Below the pieces are notes generated by a model that ran no database searches, had not been told where the DNA came from, and was given only the letters and a program-made list of their open reading frames with translations. Source: Balneolaceae bacterium (GTDB lineage: Bacteria; Bacteroidota; Rhodothermia; Balneolales; Balneolaceae). From it: a stretch of 24,000 nt of DNA. The DNA lies in assembly GCA_965212165.1 (NCBI GenBank), contig OZ243096.1, forward strand, positions 2,850,048-2,874,047, written 5' to 3'. Shown here piece by piece: positions 1 through 7,185 of this stretch (position 1 is its first letter; every line of letters starts with the position of its first letter). The position numbers and the translations under genes were made by a program.

Positions 1-135
1 CCTACTCCTTTTTATGAAGGTTTTATTCCTGAAACAGAAAAAGCTTATCTTTATATTTACGGATCAATTGATGTTGGAATAAAAGATAGTGGTATCTATT
101 CCGGAGATATTACTATTACTGTTAACTATGACTAA
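1..135 (+). CDS. 3' end of a secreted pilin-like fibre subunit (DUF4402/SCPU-like paralog), truncated by the window edge
   Basis: Frame 1 is open from nt 1 to TAA at 133-135 (PTPFYEGFIPETEKAYLYIYGSIDVGIKDSGIYSGDITITVNYD*). The tail aligns with the C-termini of the next two genes (G-x-Y-x-G-x-[IV]-x-[IL]-x-V-x-Y-[DN]-stop). It is absent from the ORF track because there is no start in the window. Confidence 0.55.
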   Translation, partial: PTPFYEGFIPETEKAYLYIYGSIDVGIKDSGIYSGDITITVNYD

Positions 136-667
136 TTTAAAGTTCTTATATCCCTTTTTAATTTTACTTTTTATTTCCTTTTTAGGAACCAATAATAGAA
201 CAAGTGCTCAATTTATAAATATTCAAATTATTGTTGAACCTGAATTAACAGCTAAAGTAGAACAAGAACTAAGGTTTGGGAATATAGTAAGTAATTCAGG
301 ATTAACGGATGTAGATCTTGGAGATACGAATATGGGCATTTTCAGTATCAAAGCTTTATATACACAAAGTGTATACATAGAATTAAATTTCCCAGACTTT
401 TTAGAGAATACTGATCCAGCATTTGATGATACTATTCCTTTATTTTTAGAAATTGCATATAACAATTCTGGGGTTGAGAATATTAGATCATCTAAGTTTT
501 TAACAAATAATGAAGGTTTTATTTCTATTTACGAACCCAGTAATGAAGGGGCTCCTAAAATCATATGGCAAGATTTGTACCTATATATTTTTGGGTCACT
601 TGATATTGGAAATATTCCAAATGGGATATATGAAGGAGAGGTTCAATTAATTGTTTACTACGACTAG
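128..667 (+). CDS. Secreted pilin-like subunit, DUF4402/SCPU-like (probable minor subunit)
   Basis: The ORF track gives 89..667 from a GTG. The in-frame ATG at 128 yields a clean signal peptide (MTNLKFLYPFLILLFISFLGTNNRTSAQ) and overlaps the upstream stop (ATGACTAA), suggesting translational coupling. It has ELRFGN near the mature N-terminus and the C-terminal motif GIYEGEVQLIVYYD*, paralogous to 1..135 and 831..1352. Confidence 0.6.
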   Translation: MTNLKFLYPFLILLFISFLGTNNRTSAQFINIQIIVEPELTAKVEQELRFGNIVSNSGLTDVDLGDTNMGIFSIKALYTQSVYIELNFPDFLENTDPAFDDTIPLFLEIAYNNSGVENIRSSKFLTNNEGFISIYEPSNEGAPKIIWQDLYLYIFGSLDIGNIPNGIYEGEVQLIVYYD

Positions 668-728
668 TCCTAATAAGATAAATTAAATACAATGCTTTTC
701 TATAAGCTACTCATCAAAACTTAAAGAA

Positions 729-740
729 TCTTAATTAAGA
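729..740. promoter_or_regulatory. 12-bp perfect palindrome TCTTAATTAAGA upstream of the major subunit gene (candidate operator)
   Basis: Read directly from the sequence; it is its own reverse complement and lies about 90 nt upstream of the ATG at 831. AT-rich palindromes arise by chance fairly often in such DNA. Confidence 0.2.
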
Positions 741-772
741 GAATTTAACTAGGACTACTTTTGGATTCTCAA

Positions 773-780
773 TAAGTTTG
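773..780 (+). promoter_or_regulatory. Candidate Bacteroidota-type -7 promoter box (TAAGTTTG matches TAnnTTTG) for the major subunit gene
   Basis: Exact match to the TAnnTTTG consensus about 50 nt upstream of the ATG at 831. The only nearby TTTG (760-763) is too close to be a canonical -33 box, so support is partial. Confidence 0.3.
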
Positions 781-830
781 TATTAGAAATTAAAAAAGAA
801 AGATTTTCCACAAATAAAACAATCCCTATC

Positions 831-1352
831 ATGAAAAATTTAAAGAACATATTTACTCTTTTAGCAGTTTTAGGATTAGCTACAACAGCGAATGCACAAA
901 CTGCCAATATTACTGCTTCAGCAGAAGTATTAGCTATCGTAACTGTTGAAAACACTGCTGATCTTGACTTTGGAAGTTTCCTTGACGGTACTTCTTCTAC
1001 TCAAGCATTGACTACTGCAAATATTGCAAATCTAGGTCTAGTTACCGTTAGTGGTCAAAGTGCATCTGCAAATATTGACTTTGCGATTAACGCTCCAGAT
1101 TCTCTAACTGCCGCTGGTGCTTTTGACAATTTACCTTTTGCACCTACTGCAACTTTAGCACAAAGTTCAGATGTTGACGGCGGTACAGATTATACTTTTG
1201 ACGGTAGTAACGATGGGACAGTAAATGTTGCTTCTTCAAATGCATCTGATTACCAGGTATATGTTGGCGGTACTGTTGATGCTGGTACAGGCCTTGGTGA
1301 TTTCGGTGGCACATACTCTGGCACTATTGTTATAACAGTCAGTTATAATTAA
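831..1352 (+). CDS. Secreted pilin-like subunit, DUF4402/SCPU-like (probable major fibre subunit)
   Basis: Signal peptide MKNLKNIFTLLAVLGLATTANAQ. ADLDFGSF motif near the mature N-terminus. C-terminal GTYSGTIVITVSYN* with a penultimate Tyr and a Gly 14 residues from the end. Ala/Thr/Gly/Asp-rich; the mature part has no Lys, Arg, His or Cys. It has its own upstream intergenic region and a strong terminator directly downstream. Confidence 0.7.
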   Translation: MKNLKNIFTLLAVLGLATTANAQTANITASAEVLAIVTVENTADLDFGSFLDGTSSTQALTTANIANLGLVTVSGQSASANIDFAINAPDSLTAAGAFDNLPFAPTATLAQSSDVDGGTDYTFDGSNDGTVNVASSNASDYQVYVGGTVDAGTGLGDFGGTYSGTIVITVSYN

Positions 1353-1372
1353 TTTAAATCAATTTTTTAAAA

Positions 1373-1409
1373 TGCCTTGACATAATAAATGTCAGGGCAT
1401 TTTTTTTTC
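1373..1409 (+). terminator. Rho-independent terminator or attenuator after the major subunit gene
   Basis: Stem TGCCTTGACA (1373-1382), loop TAATAAA, stem TGTCAGGGCA (1390-1399). The stem has 10 bp including one G-T wobble and is followed by a run of 10 T (1400-1409). Confidence 0.75.
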
Positions 1410-1451
1410 TATTCATCGAGAAATAGTAAAAGTTCCGAACAATTGTTAATT

Positions 1452-1469
1452 TGAGTATTATCATACTCA
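1452..1469. promoter_or_regulatory. Inverted repeat TGAGTAT-tatc-ATACTCA between the terminator and the chaperone-like gene
   Basis: 7-bp perfect arms with a 4-nt spacer, 35 nt upstream of the ATG at 1504. It could be an operator or a small RNA hairpin. Confidence 0.25.
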
Positions 1470-1503
1470 GATATTTTAAGGCTAACAAACTTATTTAATA
1501 ATC

Positions 1504-2334
1504 ATGAAGAAGATTATTGCACTTACTTTTTTCTCTTTTCTAATTTTCATAGATTCTTTTGCTCAAGTAACTATAGCGCCAACAAACCTCTTTATAGACA
1601 GTAATTCTAGGTTTGGTACTTACATGGTTGTCAATGGATCTAATCAAGTTCAAGAAATATCAATTGATTTTTTCTTCGCATATAGTTCTACTGATGAATT
1701 TGGAAATAGAACCATCATTAGTGAGGATTCAGTAAAAGCTGTTCAATATTCCGTTGCTGAATCCATAAGAGCTTTTCCTCAAAATTTTTCACTTAGTCCT
1801 AATCAAAGACAGGTTGTTAGAATTAGAGTAAATATGCCAAATGATGTTCCTGATGGAACTTACTGGTCTCGTATAAGAACTGCATCTACACTACAAAGCC
1901 CTCCTATTGAATTGCAGAATTCTGATGCTGTATCAGCTAGTGTTGGTGTTAAAGTTGAACAAGTAACAGGTTTATTCTACAAAAAAGGAACTGTCTCTAC
2001 GGGTATTGAGATTGTAGATATAAATACAAATTTTGAAGAACCAGATAACATATTGGTTGTTCAAACACAGCATTTAAGAACTGGAAATTCTCCTTTTTTA
2101 GGGTCCATTTCTACATCGATTCTTAACAGTTCAGGAGAAGAAGTTCGAAGAGGGTTTGTATCTACAACGATTTATTTTGATGGAATTCATAAACAAGAAT
2201 TTGAAGTAGAAAATTTACCTTCAGGCACATATACTGCAAAAGTAACTTTTGAAACGAGTAGAAGTGATGTGTCAAATAACGATATTATTAAGGCCCCCAC
2301 TGTAACTAAATCTACAACTTTTACCATTAGGTGA
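1504..2334 (+). CDS. Periplasmic PapD-like pilus chaperone candidate (two-domain Ig-like protein)
   Basis: Signal peptide MKKIIALTFFSFLIFIDSFAQ. The mature N-terminus VTIAPTNLFIDSNSRFGTYMVVNGSNQVQEISIDFFF resembles the PapD_N pattern (v.l..tRvif......sl.v.N....p.l.q.w). A later SPNQRQVVRIRV resembles the P..re.l....v strand. The position between subunit genes and the large OM protein fits. The equivalent of the PapD Arg8 anchor appears to be Asn, so the protein is divergent. Confidence 0.5.
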   Translation: MKKIIALTFFSFLIFIDSFAQVTIAPTNLFIDSNSRFGTYMVVNGSNQVQEISIDFFFAYSSTDEFGNRTIISEDSVKAVQYSVAESIRAFPQNFSLSPNQRQVVRIRVNMPNDVPDGTYWSRIRTASTLQSPPIELQNSDAVSASVGVKVEQVTGLFYKKGTVSTGIEIVDINTNFEEPDNILVVQTQHLRTGNSPFLGSISTSILNSSGEEVRRGFVSTTIYFDGIHKQEFEVENLPSGTYTAKVTFETSRSDVSNNDIIKAPTVTKSTTFTIR

Positions 2335-5300
2335 TCTCCAAGTCTTTAAAGATATCCAATACATTAATCTCAATATTTTTCAGCCTCCTATTCTTATGTA
2401 CCCCTATATTTGCACAGAATAATGAAAATGATGAATTTGAGGTTTTCCTTTCTTTTCGTCATAGGGGAGTAATTGACAATCTTGTAGTCTCTTATTATAA
2501 AAGTGATGAATTTTTTCTACCACTTAATGAACTTTTCAATGTCTTTGAAATAGAGATTAATTCAAACGGTTTACAAACAAATGGTAATTTTTCTGCCAAT
2601 CAAATACCTTATTCTATTGATTTAGAAAAACAAATTATTCAATTTGGAAACGAAACATTCACACTCACTAAGGAAGATTTCTTAGTTAAAGAACTAGATA
2701 GCTATCTAAGAATTTCTCGTTTTAGTGAAGTTTTTGATCTTAATTTTGATGTTGACTTTAACAGCCTATCTCTTAGTCTACAAACAGATGTAGAACTACC
2801 TGCTGTAGCAAGAACTCTTCGAAATAGAACTAGAAGGATTACCGATAGATCAATAGATGAGGCGTTTCACCCTCTGCTTCAAAATTCATCGAAAAATTTT
2901 ATTGATCTAGGTTTCCTAGATTATAGTCTATCATCAAATATTAGGACGGATCAAACTAGCTATAATTACAATTCATCAATAGGAATGAAGATTGCAGGTG
3001 GTGATCTTCAAGGCTCATTTTTTGGAACATATACTAACCAATTTTCAACCTTTTCCACTAATAGATTTAGGTGGCAATTTATTAATAGGAATAGCAAACT
3101 ATTAAGTAGAGTAATTATTGGGCAAACATCAATGGATGGAGTTTTACCAAACTCTTATACAGGTATAAGAATTACAAATGAACCTATTGAAGCTAGACAA
3201 GTATTTGATGAATTTGAAATTGAAGGATCGACTTTTCCGGAGTCAGAAATTGAGCTTTATGTTAATAATTCATTAGTCGATTTCAGCACAGCTGATGATA
3301 TTGGGAACTACCGATTTCTAACCCCAATAAGCTATGGTTCATCACAACTCAGTCTTAAGATTTTTGGGCCAACTGGACAAGTTTTGGAGCAAAGAAAAAG
3401 AATTCAAGTCCCTTTTACATTTATTCCAGAAGGAGAGCTTAACTATGTAATAAATGCTGGTAGACTTGATAATCCAATTATAGGTTCAACAGTACGTAAT
3501 AATGTAATTCAAGCCAATACAGGTTATGGAATAACCAATTGGCTTACTACTAAAGTTGGAGTAGAGTATTATGAAAATTTAAATACTACAAATTCTACCA
3601 TTTTTACTTCATTGGTTTCAGCGAGATTTCTATATAACTATATTTTAAACCTGCAGGCAGTTTCTAATTCATTCTATCGCGCTTCAATTAATGCTGTTTA
3701 CCCAAATGCAGCAAGTGTTAATCTTGGTTATACCGATTATATCTCAAAAGCTTCATTACTTAATACTGCTGGAAATGATAAACAAATTAATGCAAGTTTA
3801 TTTTATCCATTAAAATTTTTAAAGATACCACTTAACTTTAGAGTTAGTAGTTTTTCACGTTATAGAGATAATAATGTATCAACAACTTTTAGAACAGATT
3901 TAAGTGTAAGACTTCAGAAATTCAATTTCAGATTTGGATATAGTGATAGACTTTTTGATTCTTATAACCCATTTAACTCAACAGATGCATCTGCTATTAT
4001 ATCTTCTGCTACATACAATGTGTCTAGAAATCCTACTATTCCTAGCATCTTAAGGGGAGCTTTTTTTAGAACTCAAATGAGATATTTTCCTAGTCGAAAT
4101 AGTATAGATTCATTTGAGTTTTTATACTCACGTAGCCTGTTAGGAAATGGAAGATTACAACTTGTTGCTGGTCGAAATTTTACAACTGGGCTAAATAATA
4201 TCCGTTTCAACCTTATTTTTGACTTTAAAAAAGTTAGAACTAATTCTACATTTATTAGAAATAATAACTCATTTAGCTCAACACAAAACATTAGAGGCTC
4301 TATTGGTTACGATTCAAATTATAGGAACTTTATTTTGACAAGCCGTGATCAAGTTGGAAGATCTGGAACTGCTATCAAGTTATTTGTAGATAATAATAAT
4401 AATAATGCTTTTGATGAAGGCGATGATTCAATAGATGATGGTGGTTTTAGAATAGGACGTTCAGGTTCTTCCTCCATAAAGAAAAATGGAATTATCTATT
4501 ATACACAAATGCAGCCATATTTTAGATATAATATGGATATGAATAAAGGGTCAATTCAAAACCCAATGCTCGTACCAAATCTTGATAAGTTCTCTATTGT
4601 TACTGAACCCAATAGTTTTAAACAAATAGAAATTCCATTTTACATGTCCGGAGTAATCGATGGGAATATCCAAAGAATTTTTTCTACTGGAAAGCAAGAA
4701 GGAATTGGAGGGTTAAAAGTAACTTTAAAATCAACAGACAATGATTTTATAAAAGAACTCAGAACTTTTTCAGATGGTAGTTTTTATGAATATGAAGTTC
4801 CTCCTGGTGATTATGAACTATTTGTCGATCAGAACCAATTAGACTTATTAGGTGTTAAATCAAATCCTGTTAAATTAAATTTCACAGTTAATGCTATACC
4901 TGAAGGTGATTTCGTAGAGGGCTTATCATTAATACTACTACCAACTGAGGAAACTGAAGAATCTGAATTAGATTCATTAATTATTCAACCTCTAACACTT
5001 TCTGAAGTTGGAATTGAAATACGTAATAGCCCGGAAATACTAGTTCTAGAACAAAAACTTAATGAAGATGTGAGCAGAGCACTTAGAATGTTGATCTTGG
5101 CTCAAAATGCATTCTATGCTCAAGATATTGAGGGTGCTTTGGATAATATTAATCGTTCATTAGAATTCTTTAAGACTGCTCAAGGATATGCTTTAAAGGG
5201 AAGTATACTGTATTTTAAGGGTGATAGAGTTGAGGCTGTAAATAGCTGGAGAATGGCATTACGCTACGATCCCGACATTTACATTCCAACCTTAGAAGAA

Positions 5301-5336
5301 TTGGATCAAAGAGTTACTATTAGTTCTTCAGACTAA
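2331..5336 (+). CDS. Large outer-membrane usher-like protein with two C-terminal beta-sandwich-like domains and a terminal TPR-like module
   Basis: GTG start overlaps the chaperone stop (GTGA at 2331-2334). Signal peptide MISKSLKISNTLISIFFSLLFLCTPIFAQ. About 650 aa are Asn/Ser/Tyr/Phe/Arg-rich with alternating patterns typical of a beta-barrel. An SdrD-B/prealbumin-like segment follows (FVDNNNNNAFDEGDDSIDDGGFRIG, about 4365-4500). A CarboxypepD_reg-like segment follows that (GVIDGNIQRIF...GLKVTLKS...TFSDGSFYEYEVPPGDYELFV, about 4650-4905). Then comes an acidic linker (PTEETEESELD) and a TPR-like end (5061-5333). The usher call rests on gene order and architecture, not on a recognised usher motif. 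Confidence 0.5.
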   Translation: MISKSLKISNTLISIFFSLLFLCTPIFAQNNENDEFEVFLSFRHRGVIDNLVVSYYKSDEFFLPLNELFNVFEIEINSNGLQTNGNFSANQIPYSIDLEKQIIQFGNETFTLTKEDFLVKELDSYLRISRFSEVFDLNFDVDFNSLSLSLQTDVELPAVARTLRNRTRRITDRSIDEAFHPLLQNSSKNFIDLGFLDYSLSSNIRTDQTSYNYNSSIGMKIAGGDLQGSFFGTYTNQFSTFSTNRFRWQFINRNSKLLSRVIIGQTSMDGVLPNSYTGIRITNEPIEARQVFDEFEIEGSTFPESEIELYVNNSLVDFSTADDIGNYRFLTPISYGSSQLSLKIFGPTGQVLEQRKRIQVPFTFIPEGELNYVINAGRLDNPIIGSTVRNNVIQANTGYGITNWLTTKVGVEYYENLNTTNSTIFTSLVSARFLYNYILNLQAVSNSFYRASINAVYPNAASVNLGYTDYISKASLLNTAGNDKQINASLFYPLKFLKIPLNFRVSSFSRYRDNNVSTTFRTDLSVRLQKFNFRFGYSDRLFDSYNPFNSTDASAIISSATYNVSRNPTIPSILRGAFFRTQMRYFPSRNSIDSFEFLYSRSLLGNGRLQLVAGRNFTTGLNNIRFNLIFDFKKVRTNSTFIRNNNSFSSTQNIRGSIGYDSNYRNFILTSRDQVGRSGTAIKLFVDNNNNNAFDEGDDSIDDGGFRIGRSGSSSIKKNGIIYYTQMQPYFRYNMDMNKGSIQNPMLVPNLDKFSIVTEPNSFKQIEIPFYMSGVIDGNIQRIFSTGKQEGIGGLKVTLKSTDNDFIKELRTFSDGSFYEYEVPPGDYELFVDQNQLDLLGVKSNPVKLNFTVNAIPEGDFVEGLSLILLPTEETEESELDSLIIQPLTLSEVGIEIRNSPEILVLEQKLNEDVSRALRMLILAQNAFYAQDIEGALDNINRSLEFFKTAQGYALKGSILYFKGDRVEAVNSWRMALRYDPDIYIPTLEELDQRVTISSSD
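4392..4406 (+). repeat. (AAT)5 trinucleotide repeat encoding Asn5 inside the usher-like gene
   Basis: Read directly: gat aat aat aat aat aat gct. It is in frame, so slippage would change the Asn count rather than the reading frame. Confidence 0.9.
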
Positions 5337-5405
5337 TTCTTTTTTCATCTTAATAACAAATTAAATACATCTACAGCACTTAGATTGGTAATAGCTGATA
5401 CTTTT

Positions 5406-7178
5406 ATGAAGCATATCTTTCATAGTATTATTGTTCTCCTCTTTATGTCTGCGAATTTATTTTCACAGTCTAACGCTTCAAATGCATCTAATTCTCAATC
5501 CTTAGAGCTTAAAATCTCTTCTCTTGAGCAAAGCTATGACTCTCAAGTTTATCTGCTTTTATCAAATTATTTTGATCGTAAAAAGTTTTTTGTTGATGTA
5601 AACATAAATGCTGAGTTTGTAGATGAAACCGTAGAGTCTACTCAAAACCAAGTTATTCAGAATAGACCTGATAACTTGATGATGCCGGGCCTCCCTTTTC
5701 TACCTCAAGAAAATATTAGAGCAAATACAGGTGCCCAATCTCCTCAAACAGTGGTAAATCAAAGTACCATTAGAACCCTGAGGCTTGTAAATATTAATAT
5801 TAGTATTTACGCCGATACTTCTTTTTCGGTACAAGAAATTCAATTTATGAGCTTATTAACTGGAATTGCTGCTAAGACCAATGACGCACGTGGTGATGAG
5901 GTAACAATAGCTCAAATTCCTATCCCTACTGTTGGTACTGTTGACCCTATTCCAATTATTCAAGCTCCCTCAGAGCCTGTAAGTATTCTCGCCTCTTTTA
6001 GATCTTATATACCAGGTTTTGTACTTTTAATGCTTTTTGGTGCGATCATGTTCTTATCAAGGATTTTTAACAAACCAGAAGATCAGGTGTCCTCTTTACA
6101 GCAAAGAGAAAGTATTAAACATGATATTTCGATAAGTGATTTTGGGCGCCCAATGGAACAAGTTCTTGTCAATAGTTCCGATGCTGGAAGAGATATCTCT
6201 ATAGAGATTGACGAATTGATCAATAGCTTCTTCAATAAATCACAAGAAATTGCTCTTTTATTTGAGTATTGGTTAGATGAAAACAAAGAAGAAGGTGCTT
6301 TTAAAGCTGCTGAAATAATCGCTTGTGTAGACAAACAATTATTGAGAGCCATTAAAAATGATCTCCAACCTGAGAACTTAGAATTAATTACTACAGCCTT
6401 AGAAGACCTTGCACCAATGATGTCGGAAAGAAAGAGTTCCGTAATAAGAAGCTTTAATTCTATTCTTAGAACTGGAAATAAAACCAGTCTTACTTCCAAG
6501 AAAAATGGCCATATAAATTTATTCAAATTTCTTGACCATATTTCAGATGCTCAGATCGTAGATTTATTAAATGATGAGGGTTATCAAACAGGGGCTTTAA
6601 TAGTAGATTATTTACCTGATGAAAAAGCAGCTCGTGTGTTAGATAGAATTGATAAAGTACGCAGTGCTAATATTATGTTTAAGATGACTACCATCAGTAG
6701 TATTCCTTATCAATTACAAAGTGAGATTTCTTCAAAGCTTTTTGATAAAGCGATGGACTTAAAAGACAAAGAGAAAGAACAACAATTAGGTGCTGAAAAT
6801 ATTCTTCCACTTCTTGATAAACTACCTCTAAGTGAACAACAAGCTTATATAGATCAATTAAAAGCTACCAATTCCGTTGTTGGTGAAGTTGTTCAACGAC
6901 AGTTTATTACCATTAATCAAGTGTTAACTTTAACAGATGATATTATAAAAGAGGCTATCCAAGATATTGATACTTCTACCCTCTTAGATGCTTTACTTGG
7001 CTTAGATCAAAAACTAGTTGATAAATTCCTTTCCGTACGTCCAAAAAGAGAGCAACGTCTTATTCGTTTAGAACTTGATGAATTAAAAGACAAGCCACAA
7101 AAAGATACGAATGAAGCGAAATCTGAAATTATGAAAAGAATTAGATTGACTGTTAAGAAAAGTCATTCTGCAACATAA
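5406..7178 (+). CDS. Membrane protein combining a FliF/YscJ-like periplasmic ring motif, a TM helix and a complete FliG-like (N/M/C) cytoplasmic region
   Basis: The ORF track gives 5385..7178 from a TTG; the ATG at 5406 yields MKHIFHSIIVLLFMSANLFSQ (signal or anchor). The periplasmic part ends IRTLRLVNINISIYADTSFSVQEIQFMSLLTGIAAKTNDARGDEVTIAQIP, like the FliF pre-TM2 motif (...RGD.v.V). TM helix IPGFVLLMLFGAIMFLSRIF lies at 6009-6068. LLNDEGYQTGALIVDYLPDEKAARVL resembles the FliG_M pattern EHPQTiAliLsyL.p..AA.vL. ALLGLDQKLVDKFLSVRPKREQRLIRLELDELKDKPQKDTNEAKSEIMKRIR resembles the FliG_C pattern ALKGasdELkeKifkNMSkRAa.ll.deLe.mGPVrlkDVEEAQ..I...iR. Confidence 0.75.
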   Translation: MKHIFHSIIVLLFMSANLFSQSNASNASNSQSLELKISSLEQSYDSQVYLLLSNYFDRKKFFVDVNINAEFVDETVESTQNQVIQNRPDNLMMPGLPFLPQENIRANTGAQSPQTVVNQSTIRTLRLVNINISIYADTSFSVQEIQFMSLLTGIAAKTNDARGDEVTIAQIPIPTVGTVDPIPIIQAPSEPVSILASFRSYIPGFVLLMLFGAIMFLSRIFNKPEDQVSSLQQRESIKHDISISDFGRPMEQVLVNSSDAGRDISIEIDELINSFFNKSQEIALLFEYWLDENKEEGAFKAAEIIACVDKQLLRAIKNDLQPENLELITTALEDLAPMMSERKSSVIRSFNSILRTGNKTSLTSKKNGHINLFKFLDHISDAQIVDLLNDEGYQTGALIVDYLPDEKAARVLDRIDKVRSANIMFKMTTISSIPYQLQSEISSKLFDKAMDLKDKEKEQQLGAENILPLLDKLPLSEQQAYIDQLKATNSVVGEVVQRQFITINQVLTLTDDIIKEAIQDIDTSTLLDALLGLDQKLVDKFLSVRPKREQRLIRLELDELKDKPQKDTNEAKSEIMKRIRLTVKKSHSAT

Positions 7179-7185
7179 CTTTAAG

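Noticed and set aside
89-127. Upstream-most GTG/TTG starts used by the ORF track (89, 5385, 13730, 16575, 19914, 20769)
   Set aside because: In each case a nearby in-frame ATG gives a better N-terminus, meaning a clean signal peptide or a typical family N-terminus. The extension adds odd residues or overlaps the upstream gene. The exact starts remain unverified.
664-758. Inverted repeat CTAGTCCTA (664-672) and TAGGACTAC (750-758, 8 of 9 complementary) as a possible invertible fimS-like promoter switch upstream of the major subunit gene
   Set aside because: The arms are only 8 bp in AT-rich DNA. The enclosed segment of about 77 bp does not contain the best promoter candidate (773-780). No recombinase gene is nearby.
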